Shown piece by piece: positions 45,363 to 54,751 of a stretch of 64,000 bases of DNA. Source of the stretch: Gammaproteobacteria bacterium (GTDB taxonomy: Bacteria > Pseudomonadota > Gammaproteobacteria > Eutrophobiales > Eutrophobiaceae). The notes under the pieces are model-generated. The model was not told where the DNA came from, did no database searches, and was given only the letters and a program-made list of their open reading frames with translations. The stretch is taken from positions 2,688,001-2,752,000 of the forward strand of contig OZ244905.1 in assembly GCA_965221695.1 (NCBI GenBank), read 5' to 3'. Made by a program: the position numbers and the translations under genes. Every line of letters starts with the position of its first letter. The stretch's first letter is position 1.

Positions 45363-46700
45363 ATGCAGGTTAATTCACGCAAATACTTCGGCACCGACGG
45401 CATTCGCGGCAAGGTGGGCGAGGAACCCGTCACGCCCGATTTTGTCATGAAATTGGGCTGGGCTATTGGCAAGGCGCTGCATAAAAACAACGCAGGGCCC
45501 ATTCTTATCGGCAAAGATACTCGGGTGTCCGGTTATATGTTTGAATCGGCGCTGGAAGCGGGACTGTCTGCCGCAGGCGTTGATATTCGCCTGCTTGGCC
45601 CAACGCCGACGCCGGCCGTAGCCTACCTGACAAAAAATACCCGCGCCGAGGCAGGTATAGTGATCAGCGCTTCCCACAACCCCTATTTTGACAATGGCAT
45701 CAAGATCTTTTCCAGAAACGGCAGGAAACTGCCGGATGCTGTCGAATTATTGATAGAAGAGCATCTGGCGAGTTCCATTGAGGTTGTGGAACCGAACAAG
45801 CTGGGCAAGGCGCGCCGGATTACGGACGCGGCGCGCAGGTATATAGAGTACTGCAAAAGCAGGATCGACTGTGACCTGAACGGTATTCGTATGGTGGTCG
45901 ATTGCGCTAACGGCGCAGCCTACAGGATTGCGCCCAAGGTGTTTGAGGAATTGGGCGCCACGGTCAATGCGATAGGTGTGGAACCGGATGGCTTAAATAT
46001 AAACAACGGCTGCGGCGCCACCAAACCGGCAGTTTTGCAACAGACCGTGCTGGAATGCCAGGCGGATGTCGGCATCTCGCTGGATGGTGATGGCGACCGC
46101 TTGATTATGGTCGATCATAAGGGCCAACTGGTGGATGGCGACGAGTTGCTCTACATCATTGCAAATCACCAACGAAAGACGCTCAATGGGGGCGTTGTGG
46201 GCACGCAGATGAGCAACCTGGGACTGGAGCAAGCGCTGAGGGATATGGGATTTGAGTTTTACCGGTCGCAGGTGGGAGACCGATATGTCGCGGAAATGCT
46301 GGATGAAAAAAATCTGACGCTGGGAGGTGAACAATCGGGCCATATCGTAAACAGGAATTTTTCGGATACGGGTGATGGCATCATTTCCGCGCTACAAGTA
46401 TTGAAAGCTATGTTGGACACCGGAGAGAATTTGTGTGCCTTAAAAAGTGGCATGAAAAAATTTCCACAGGCGTTATTGAATATAGTCCTGCGCAAACCTG
46501 TGCGGCTTCAGGATTATCCGGAGATCGACGGCATGGTGAGAGAAGTTGAAAAACAGCTCGATGACCTGGGACGGGTGTTGTTGCGCTGTTCGGGTACCGA
46601 GCCTGTGTTGCGGGTAATGGTGGAAGGCCGGGATGCCGGTAAAGTGCACAAGCTGACGCGCAAACTGGCCGGGGACATTGATGAGTTGATCAGTGGTTAA
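45363..46700 (+). CDS. glmM: phosphoglucosamine mutase
   Basis: FGTDGIRG, ISASHNP, DGDGDR, GGEQSGH, SGTEP. Confidence 0.96.
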   Translation: MQVNSRKYFGTDGIRGKVGEEPVTPDFVMKLGWAIGKALHKNNAGPILIGKDTRVSGYMFESALEAGLSAAGVDIRLLGPTPTPAVAYLTKNTRAEAGIVISASHNPYFDNGIKIFSRNGRKLPDAVELLIEEHLASSIEVVEPNKLGKARRITDAARRYIEYCKSRIDCDLNGIRMVVDCANGAAYRIAPKVFEELGATVNAIGVEPDGLNINNGCGATKPAVLQQTVLECQADVGISLDGDGDRLIMVDHKGQLVDGDELLYIIANHQRKTLNGGVVGTQMSNLGLEQALRDMGFEFYRSQVGDRYVAEMLDEKNLTLGGEQSGHIVNRNFSDTGDGIISALQVLKAMLDTGENLCALKSGMKKFPQALLNIVLRKPVRLQDYPEIDGMVREVEKQLDDLGRVLLRCSGTEPVLRVMVEGRDAGKVHKLTRKLAGDIDELISG

Positions 46701-48294
46701 AGAGAACCGGCAGAAACGCATACTGGTAGCCGACAGGATTTCGCCTGAAGGCAAGGAATTCCTTGACGGCCAGGAGAATTTCATCACAGATCATATCACC
46801 GGACTTGATGAGGCCGGGTTATGTGAGAAAATCGGCGCGTACCATGCGGTAATCGTGCGCAGCGCCACGACGATATCGGCGCCAGTCCTGGACGCGGCCG
46901 GCAGGCTTGAAGTAATCGGCAGGGCCGGCATTGGTGTCGATAATATTGACGTCAACCATGCCACGGGCAAAGGCGTTGTGGTGCTCAACACCCCGGACGC
47001 GAACGTAACGACAACGGCGGAACTGACGTTGGCGCATCTTTTTTCCCTGAGTCGAAACCTGCCCCAGGCCGACTCTTCAGTGAAAGCAGGAGAATGGAAG
47101 CGCGCCCGCTTCATGGGTGTGGAACTGAGCGGCAAGACCCTGGGCATCATCGGCTACGGGCATATCGGCAGGATTGTGGCAGCCAAGGCGCTGGCCCTGG
47201 AAATGCTGGTAATCGCCCATGATCCGTTTGTTACCGAAGAAAAGTTTCTCGCCGACGGCGTTACCGGCGTCGGTCTCGATGAACTGCTCAGCGAGGCGGA
47301 TTTTGTCAGCGTGCATTGCCCGTTGAATGACAAGACCCGTAACATCATCAATGCCGACCGGCTCAAGACAATGAAACGCGGCGCGCGGCTGATCAACTGC
47401 GCCCGCGGCGGGCTCGTCGACGAAACCGCGTTATATGAAGCGCTCAAGAGCGGGCAATTGTCCGGCGCGGCGCTGGATGTATTTTCCCGCGAGCCTCCGG
47501 ATGGTTCTCCCCTGTTGGAACTCGATAACGTATTGCTGACGCCGCACCTTGGCGCATCGACCCGGGAAGCACAGGCTGCGGCCGGCATCGAGATAGCACA
47601 GCAGGTCAGCATTTACCTGAAGACCGGTGAACCCATTAACGCGATCAACCTGCCGGCGGTATCATCGGAGGAACTGGTGAAGCTGCAGCCGTACATGGCG
47701 CTGGCGAGACGCCTGGGAAACCTGCTCGGTCTTATGATTCCGGACTCCATACACCGGCTGGAAGTGTCCCTGTTTGGCGAAGCCGCAGAGCGGGACATGA
47801 GCAGCATCGCCACGGAGGGGTTGGTGGGGTTATTGGGTGTCCATATGTCAACCGAGGTAAACCGGGTGAACGCAAAACATATCGCCGAGCAACAGGGTTT
47901 GAGCCTGGTGGAGGCCCGTGGTGGCGAACATCCGGATTACCATTCAGCGGTCAGCCTTTCGGTGCATAACGGTGAAGGCGAAACGCGGGTTGTCGGGACA
48001 CTGTTCCAAAGAAGATACCCGCGCCTGATCAGGATCAACGATTACGAGATAGAAGCCGTGCTGGAAGGACACCTGCTGGTTACCAGGCATAATGATCAAC
48101 CCGGCGTGATCGCCGCCATCAGCAACCTGCTGGCAGGTGAAAAGATCAACATTTCGCGTATGCAACTGGGGATCGTATCCGGCAGCGACAAAGCGGTCGC
48201 GGTGATTGGCGTGTCGACCCCGCTGAACAATGAACTGATGAAGGAACTGGCTCAAATCGAGGCGATAAACAAGGTGATACAGGTCAGCCTGTAA
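46693..48294 (+). CDS. serA: D-3-phosphoglycerate dehydrogenase (long form with ASB and ACT domains)
   Basis: VRSAT, GRAGIGVDNID, GYGHIG, NCARGG, TPHLGAST.EAQ, C-terminal D.PGVI..I ACT. Confidence 0.93.
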   Translation: MVKENRQKRILVADRISPEGKEFLDGQENFITDHITGLDEAGLCEKIGAYHAVIVRSATTISAPVLDAAGRLEVIGRAGIGVDNIDVNHATGKGVVVLNTPDANVTTTAELTLAHLFSLSRNLPQADSSVKAGEWKRARFMGVELSGKTLGIIGYGHIGRIVAAKALALEMLVIAHDPFVTEEKFLADGVTGVGLDELLSEADFVSVHCPLNDKTRNIINADRLKTMKRGARLINCARGGLVDETALYEALKSGQLSGAALDVFSREPPDGSPLLELDNVLLTPHLGASTREAQAAAGIEIAQQVSIYLKTGEPINAINLPAVSSEELVKLQPYMALARRLGNLLGLMIPDSIHRLEVSLFGEAAERDMSSIATEGLVGLLGVHMSTEVNRVNAKHIAEQQGLSLVEARGGEHPDYHSAVSLSVHNGEGETRVVGTLFQRRYPRLIRINDYEIEAVLEGHLLVTRHNDQPGVIAAISNLLAGEKINISRMQLGIVSGSDKAVAVIGVSTPLNNELMKELAQIEAINKVIQVSL

Positions 48295-48304
48295 ATTCCC
48301 AATA

Positions 48305-49549
48305 ATGTTAATCAAGGCTTTCAGAGGTTATCGCCCCGACAGGGACAGGGTTGCCAGGGTTGCATCAAGACCGTATGACGTGATCACAACGGAAGAAGCC
48401 AGGGAGGAAGCAGCCGGCAACCCGTATTCCTTCCTGAACATCGTCAAACCGGAGATCGGTTATCCCGCCGGCACAGAACCCGGTGACCCGGAAATGTACC
48501 GTGCCGCGGCGGCAAACTTCCAAGCCTTGGTCGATAGCGGGACATTTGTCCGGGATGAACAGGAATGCCTGTATATCTATGAACTAAGTGTGAACCGGCG
48601 TCCGAGGACGGGCATTGTCGCCGCCGCCGCTGTGGACGATTACCTGGACGGCCGTATCAGGAAACACGAATTGACCCGGTTTGACAAGGAGGCGGACCGG
48701 GCGAACCATATTCGTACAACAATGCTCAACGTGGAGCCGGTGATGTTTGCCTATCGCGATGACCGGCGAATGGGCGATCTTGTAGATTCAATCAAATCGG
48801 GGCAACCGGAGTACGACTTCGTTGACGAGGACTCGGTGCAGCACAGGTTCTGGATCGTCAATGAGCCTGGGACCGTTGCTGCGATTATCCGCGCATTTGC
48901 CGGCATCCCCGCAACTTACGTGGCTGACGGTCACCACCGCACCGCTGCTGCCGCGATCGTCAGCCAGCAACTGGACAGTGAAGGCCAAAAGAGCAATGCG
49001 GATCAGGGACATCATTTCTTTCTGGCTGTACATTTTCCCGACAGCGAACTGGAAATTCTCGATTACAACCGGCTGGTCACCGACCTCAACGCTCTTGAAC
49101 AAGATGAATTCCTGCGCGAGTTGGGGCTGGCGTTCGTAGTTGAGAGGACTGGAGGGCGGCCCGTAAGACCGAAGCAACCCGGCGTCATGGGCATGTACCT
49201 CGCAGGCAGTTGGTACCGCCTGAGCGCGCGGCCCGGTACGTATAATCCCGATGATGTGATGTCGGCGCTGGGCGTCAGCATCCTGTCCGACCTGATCCTG
49301 GCGCCCATACTGGGCATTCACGACCAGAGGACCGACCCGCGCATAATCTATGTCGGTGGCGTGAGCGGCACAGAGAAGCTCCAGGAGAGGGTGGACAGCG
49401 GCGAAATGGCTGTTGCCTTCACTCTGCACCCGGTATCGATACAGGAACTGATGGCCATCGCTGACTCCGGCAGGATTATGCCACCCAAGGCCACCTGGTT
49501 TGAACCGAAACTGCGCAGCGGCCTTGTAGTCTACAGTCTTAAGGACTAA
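48305..49549 (+). CDS. DUF1015 family protein
   Basis: PYDVI, IRKHELTR..KE.DR, YVADGHHR, YNRLV, MPPKATWFEPKLRSGL. Confidence 0.9.
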   Translation: MLIKAFRGYRPDRDRVARVASRPYDVITTEEAREEAAGNPYSFLNIVKPEIGYPAGTEPGDPEMYRAAAANFQALVDSGTFVRDEQECLYIYELSVNRRPRTGIVAAAAVDDYLDGRIRKHELTRFDKEADRANHIRTTMLNVEPVMFAYRDDRRMGDLVDSIKSGQPEYDFVDEDSVQHRFWIVNEPGTVAAIIRAFAGIPATYVADGHHRTAAAAIVSQQLDSEGQKSNADQGHHFFLAVHFPDSELEILDYNRLVTDLNALEQDEFLRELGLAFVVERTGGRPVRPKQPGVMGMYLAGSWYRLSARPGTYNPDDVMSALGVSILSDLILAPILGIHDQRTDPRIIYVGGVSGTEKLQERVDSGEMAVAFTLHPVSIQELMAIADSGRIMPPKATWFEPKLRSGLVVYSLKD

Positions 49550-49643
49550 TTCCGCAGCTTTGCCAACCGTTCTATGCGGTTGCCCTGCGCAGCGATGCAG
49601 GGATAATGTGCTGTACCGCATAATCAGCTACAATAACCAGCCC

Positions 49644-49730
49644 GGAGAGGTGCCAGAGTGGTTGAATGGGGCAGACTCGAAATCTGTTGTACGCGTCAGC
49701 GTACCGTGGGTTCGAATCCCACCCTCTCCG
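49644..49730 (+). tRNA. tRNA-Ser(CGA)
   Basis: GGAGAGG acceptor, GAGTGG D loop, anticodon loop CT-CGA-AA, long variable arm, GTTCGAATCCC; CCA not encoded directly. Confidence 0.95.
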
Positions 49731-50087
49731 TAACATTCATGCCACAGGCGCATCTGGCGCCTGTGGCATGAATGTTGATGCAATGGGGTTCGAACCCACG
49801 GTAATTAAATACGGGTTCGACAAATTCGCTGGGAGCGAATTTGAACAGCGTAGCTGGCCCCGGAGGGGCAAACTACATGGATGTAGTTTGTAATCCCACC
49901 CTCTCCGTAACATTCATGGCACAGGCGCTTCTGTCGCCTGTGCCATGAATGTTGATGCAATGGGGTTCGAACCCACGGTAATTAAATACGGGTTCGACAA
50001 ATTCGCTGGGAGCGAATTTGAACAGCGTAGCTGGCCCCGGAGGGGCAAACTACATGGATGTAGTTTGTAATCCCACCCTCTCCGCCA
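49731..50087 (+). repeat. two 177-bp tandem tRNA-linked repeats, each ending in the tRNA 3' end
   Basis: aatcccaccctctccg ends at 49730, 49907 and 50084 (the last followed by CCA); units near-identical with internal hairpins. Confidence 0.92.
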
Positions 50088-50088
50088 T

Positions 50089-51279
50089 CTAATAGTCCGG
50101 TAAAGTCCGGAGTCTTCCAAGCGCTTCAATGAAATGTGCTAGTGACAGGATGGTTGTGTCCTGGCTGCCGGGGAATGTATCTTCGCCAGTGTAAACAACA
50201 AATTTCTGTTTTACCTTTAAGTCTTCACAGGCCATGTGAAAGCCTTTTTTCAAGGTTGGAGTTCGGCTTGCTTTGATCTCAACGGCCCAGTATTCATCAA
50301 GACCAAACTCAATTACCAAATCAATTTCTGCCCCAGCAGATGTGCGATAGAAAAACGGATGAGCGCTTGAAGGTAAGGCGTTAATAATGGTCTCAATGAC
50401 AAACCCCTCCCAGCTTTTTCCGAATATAGGATGCCCCAACAAAGCTTCATAATTCGGAATTTGCAGCAAGGCATGCACAAGACCGCTATCGCGTACATAG
50501 GTACGTGGTGATTTCACCAGCCGTTTTTTGACGTTCCCATGCCAAGGCTCTAGCCTGCGAACCAATAACAAATCAACCATGAGGTCCAGATATCGACTAA
50601 CGGTGACACTCTCTACGCCAAGAGAGCTTGCGAGTTTTGACGCGTTCAGTAGTTCACCTTGTGTATGGGCAAGCATGGTCCAAAAGCGCATCAAGGTCGT
50701 TGCTGGAATTCTTGGTCCTAGCTGAGGGATGTCTCGTTCCAGATAGGTGCGAATAAAATTCTGCCGCCACTGGTGACTGGCCGCATCATCTTCAGCGGCA
50801 TAGCTGTCGGGAAACCCACCACGTATCCAGAGCTTTTGTAAGGGCTCTCCGGATGTTTCTTCAATTTCAAAAAGGTTTAAGCCAGTCAGTTCAGAGTAAT
50901 GAATGCGGCCAGCAAGGCTCTCAGAGCTTTGTTTTAGCAACTCATTGGTTGCCGATCCTAAAACAAGAAAGCGTCCGTTTCCGCGCCCCTCACGACGTCT
51001 GGCATCAATGATTCCGCGCAGTGACATAAACAAATCAGGGTAGCGTTGGACCTCATCGAGAATGACCAGCTTATCTGCATGTAGTTCTAGATAGTGGGCA
51101 GGGTCTTTGAGCTTTTGGAAATCCTCTGGGTTCTCGAGATCCAAATAAACAGATGGTTGCCCTTTGGCGATCTCATGGGCAAGCGTTGTCTTGCCAATCT
51201 GGCGCGGGCCAAGAATGGCAACAGCCGGATTTTGACTGAGACTTTTGATGATTTTCTGTGTAAGCTCTCTTTCATACAT
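50089..51279 (-). CDS. AAA_14 ATPase + DUF4143 protein
   Basis: LGPRQIGKTTL, ILDEVQ, LGS, ESLAGRI, RGGFP, KRLVKSP..Y.RDSG, YRT..GAEIDLV, EIK. Confidence 0.9.
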   Translation of the reverse strand: MYERELTQKIIKSLSQNPAVAILGPRQIGKTTLAHEIAKGQPSVYLDLENPEDFQKLKDPAHYLELHADKLVILDEVQRYPDLFMSLRGIIDARRREGRGNGRFLVLGSATNELLKQSSESLAGRIHYSELTGLNLFEIEETSGEPLQKLWIRGGFPDSYAAEDDAASHQWRQNFIRTYLERDIPQLGPRIPATTLMRFWTMLAHTQGELLNASKLASSLGVESVTVSRYLDLMVDLLLVRRLEPWHGNVKKRLVKSPRTYVRDSGLVHALLQIPNYEALLGHPIFGKSWEGFVIETIINALPSSAHPFFYRTSAGAEIDLVIEFGLDEYWAVEIKASRTPTLKKGFHMACEDLKVKQKFVVYTGEDTFPGSQDTTILSLAHFIEALGRLRTLPDY

Positions 51280-51659
51280 GCTAGCAATACTAACACAAAA
51301 TATTAAATATGCAAGGTAAATGTTTTTGTGGTGATCTGTTTCCAATGAAGGCAAAGCGGGATTAGAACCCGCGATACGGTACCGTGTTCACAACAAAAAC
51401 CGGCGCTTGGCGAGGAAGGTGTACAGGCGGGTGGTGAACAAGTCGCCGGTACGGCGAACTTTGCGAGGCACAAACCTCTTATCACCCAATGTAATTCGGT
51501 TTGTATAGTCCGCAACATCCGTAATTGGTTTTGAAAATCCTGTGTCTATGGACAACCCCCCCATACTTGATTAGCATAAGTCATAAGGAGGACCTATCGT
51601 GAACGTTGATTTCGTGACAAAGCGCCAGTCTGACAATCTCATGCAAATGCCGACCATCC

Positions 51660-52067
51660 ATGTCCAGGATTCGTTGTTATAGTATCGGTCGAGACCCCTC
51701 CGCATCCATCGTACTGCGTCATGAGACGGTGTCGCGCAGGCATGCAGAGTTGATTCCCGTATCCGGCGGGCAGGTATACGTCACGGATTGCGCCAGCGCC
51801 TGCGGGACTTTCATCGATAAGGGCAGGCGCTGGGAGAGGCTTACCCAGGATTTCGTCGGCGCAGGCGGCAGGGTGCGTTTCGGCGAGGTTGAGGTCAGCG
51901 TGCAGAGTCTGCTGGCGGACATTGCCCGCTTGCCTGCCGGCGGTGGAACGGGTCCCGGCGGTTCGGCGGAGCCCGGCGGTACCCCAGGCGCCGATAAGAA
52001 GAAACATGTGGATGCCGGCCGCGGGGTCATGCGCGACCCGGAAACGGGCGAGCCGATTCCCATGTAA
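51660..52067 (+). CDS. small soluble FHA-domain protein
   Basis: IGRD...VSRRHAEL...D..S..GT; Gly/Pro-rich tail. Confidence 0.85.
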   Translation: MSRIRCYSIGRDPSASIVLRHETVSRRHAELIPVSGGQVYVTDCASACGTFIDKGRRWERLTQDFVGAGGRVRFGEVEVSVQSLLADIARLPAGGGTGPGGSAEPGGTPGADKKKHVDAGRGVMRDPETGEPIPM

Positions 52068-52082
52068 TCGGACAGACAGACC

Positions 52083-52856
52083 ATGAACCAGAGAATGAGG
52101 ATATTCATAGGGGCGCTGGGCGCGGGCGTGATCTTCATCGGCCTGCTCAGCCTGTTTTTCTCCGAAGGTTTCTTCGCCGACTTCCTGCTGGACCGGAATT
52201 CGAAGTTCATGCCCTACCCGGTCACGATACAGAATATCATGTGGCTGGTGTTCTTCATCGGGGCGGGAGAATTGCTGTCGCGCTACCTGCAGACGGACCG
52301 GGAAATCAGCCAGATCCGCCTGGGACTGTTGCCGGAGGACAGCACAACCCTATTGCGCAAGCAAGATCTGGGCGGCGTGTACCAGCGCGTCAAGGAAACC
52401 ATGCACCCGGCGCCGGGCGCTGCGGAGGATTCCTATTTCCTGCAACGCCTGCTGTCCCGTTGTATCCTGCAGTTCCAGGTCAGCGGCGCCATTGATAAGG
52501 CAAACAACATGTTCAACTCCAGCCTGGAGTTGTTCCAGCACGAGGTCGAGCTGAGGTACAATGCCATTCGCTATATCGTCTGGCTGATCCCGACCCTGGG
52601 GTTCATCGGCACCGTGGTCGGCATCGCGCTGGCGCTCAGCAACGCCGGCAGCGTCGACAACTTCCAGGACCCCACCTTGCTGAAACAGCTTACCCAGAGT
52701 CTCGGCGTAGCGTTCTTTACCACCTTGCTGGCCTTGCTGCAATCCGCGGCGCTGATGTTCGCGCTGCATGTCGTACAAGGACAGGAGGAAGCGTCGCTGA
52801 ACCGGATAGGGCAGTATTGCCTGGATAACCTGATTAACCGGTTGTACGAGACTTGA
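52083..52856 (+). CDS. MotA/TolQ/ExbB proton-channel family protein
   Basis: N-terminal TMs; WLIPTLGFIGTVVG and LGVAFFTTLLAL match the ExbB/TolQ TM motifs. Confidence 0.88.
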   Translation: MNQRMRIFIGALGAGVIFIGLLSLFFSEGFFADFLLDRNSKFMPYPVTIQNIMWLVFFIGAGELLSRYLQTDREISQIRLGLLPEDSTTLLRKQDLGGVYQRVKETMHPAPGAAEDSYFLQRLLSRCILQFQVSGAIDKANNMFNSSLELFQHEVELRYNAIRYIVWLIPTLGFIGTVVGIALALSNAGSVDNFQDPTLLKQLTQSLGVAFFTTLLALLQSAALMFALHVVQGQEEASLNRIGQYCLDNLINRLYET

Positions 52857-53098
52857 TGGGGGTCGCCTGCGCGAGACAAATCGGCAGGACAGCCGATTTG
52901 CGCAGCGACTGCTGCCCGCAGGGTTGTATCCAGGGAAGGATGCAATGAGTGACGGAAGGAGAGAGGAATGACGGGTGGGTTCAAGAATGACGGTTAAGGG
53001 GCGAAGGGAGGTGTCGGCAAGTGGGTGTCGGCAAGTTGAACGCAGGGTGGTTTTCTGTTAAATTTTCATCAACCGCAACACCAGAAGGGGAGGACATC

Positions 53099-53758
53099 AT
53101 GCCGGTAAAACGCGATGCGGACGGGAACATCATAAAGGAACAGACAAGAACTACCGGAGTGGGTGATCCGGTGTTGCCGACCTTGGGGCGCTCCACTGTC
53201 GGCGCCACGGTCGGCCCCGGCAGGTCTCCCGAGACCAACCCCGGCCAGTCATCGGGTTATGAGGCCCAGACGGTGCTGGCAGGTTCGCCCCGTGTCGCGG
53301 AAGGGGAAGCCAGGACCCGGATCTACCGGCCCGGCAGGACGGGGCGGCAACAGCCGGAGACACCGGCTCCAGGTACGGGCGCTGAGGACGCGACGTCCTC
53401 TGCCATGGACGACCCGCCCGTAGGCTGGCTGGTCGTCGTCAGTGGGCCGGGACAGGGGAACTACATGGCCGTCGGCAACGGTTCGAATTCAGTCGGACGC
53501 GATGAGCGCGAGCGAGTGCGCGTGGATTTCGGTGACGAGTTGATCTCCCGCAGCGACCATTCAACGATCACCTACGATCCCAGGGGTAAGAAGTTTTACC
53601 TGCAGCACGGCGCCGGAAAAAACCTCACTTACCTGGAAGGCAAACCTGTCCTGGCGCCGACCGAACTGCCCGGGTTTTCCCGGATCACGATTGGGAACAC
53701 CGAATTGCTGTTCATCCCGCTCTGTTGCGATCAGTTTGACTGGGACGACTACACGTAA
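53099..53758 (+). CDS. FHA-domain protein with disordered Thr-rich N-terminus
   Basis: PVGWLVVVSGPG.G, N.VGR, D..ISR..H..I.YD, N.TY; RBS ggggagg before ATG 53099. Confidence 0.85.
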   Translation: MPVKRDADGNIIKEQTRTTGVGDPVLPTLGRSTVGATVGPGRSPETNPGQSSGYEAQTVLAGSPRVAEGEARTRIYRPGRTGRQQPETPAPGTGAEDATSSAMDDPPVGWLVVVSGPGQGNYMAVGNGSNSVGRDERERVRVDFGDELISRSDHSTITYDPRGKKFYLQHGAGKNLTYLEGKPVLAPTELPGFSRITIGNTELLFIPLCCDQFDWDDYT

Positions 53759-53767
53759 CAGGTCGTT

Positions 53768-54751
53768 ATGAATGCCCTCAAGCAGTGGGTGTCGGGAGAG
53801 CAGATCCAGGGAGACCGAAATTACCAGGAAGACTATTTCTCGCTCAGCCTGCTTTCCCAGGGCCGGGAACCTCCGGATGAAGACTGCCTGCTGCTCGTGC
53901 TGGCCGACGGCATGGGCGGACATGCCGGCGGCGCCGTTGCCAGCGAGACGGTAGTCAAGGCATTCCAGGAGGGCTTCAACCGCGATGCAACCGGGATCGC
54001 AGAGCGTTTCAGCGCCGGCATCGACACCGCCAACAACGCCGTCAGGGAAAAACAACAGGCCGATCCGGAACTGTCCGAGATGGGTTGCACCCTGGTGGCC
54101 GCGCTGGTGGTCGGGTCGACCCTTTACTGGACCAGCGTCGGCGATTCCATACTGTGGCTGTGCCGGCAGGGACATTTGCAGAGATTGAATGCGGACCATT
54201 CCATGAAACCGCTGTTGCTGGACCTGGTCGAATTGGGCAGGATGACCGAAGAAGAGGCGCTGAGCGATTACCGGATCAACCAGCTACGCTCGGCCATTTT
54301 CGGCGAGGAGGTTCAGCTGATTGACATGAACGCGGACGGTTTCCAACTGGAGAGTGGTGATCTCGTTTTACTGGCCAGCGACGGCCTGGAAACCCTGTCC
54401 GGGCAAAGCATGACAGATGTCATCGAGGCCCGCGCGGACGATGCCGATGAGATAGTGAACGCCCTGCTTGACGCAGTTGCCATGGCGGGGGTGCGCGGGC
54501 AGGACAATACTACGGCGCTGGCGTACCGGGTCGGCCAGGGGCATGATTCACTGCACGGCGTACTGGCGGGCATCAGCACAGATGACAAGGATGCCGTATT
54601 CGAGCAGCAAGTGAAACCCTCCCGAACCTGCGAGTTGCGCCCGGCACAGGAACAGGAAGCGCCGGCAAAGCGGCCCGGCATCTTCGCCCGAGCCATACAT
54701 GCCTTCTCCGGTAGACCGGCGCGTCAAGACACTCGTGACGGGAAGCAATGA
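53768..54751 (+). CDS. PP2C/PPM Ser/Thr protein phosphatase
   Basis: G.R.YQED, LADGMGGH, MGCTL, VGDS, DHS, LASDGL, DNTT. Confidence 0.93.
   Translation: MNALKQWVSGEQIQGDRNYQEDYFSLSLLSQGREPPDEDCLLLVLADGMGGHAGGAVASETVVKAFQEGFNRDATGIAERFSAGIDTANNAVREKQQADPELSEMGCTLVAALVVGSTLYWTSVGDSILWLCRQGHLQRLNADHSMKPLLLDLVELGRMTEEEALSDYRINQLRSAIFGEEVQLIDMNADGFQLESGDLVLLASDGLETLSGQSMTDVIEARADDADEIVNALLDAVAMAGVRGQDNTTALAYRVGQGHDSLHGVLAGISTDDKDAVFEQQVKPSRTCELRPAQEQEAPAKRPGIFARAIHAFSGRPARQDTRDGKQ

Noticed and set aside
49731-50087. CRISPR array or extra tRNA genes
   Set aside because: The sequences between the short repeats are near-identical rather than unique spacers, there are no cas genes, and the units lack a full cloverleaf.
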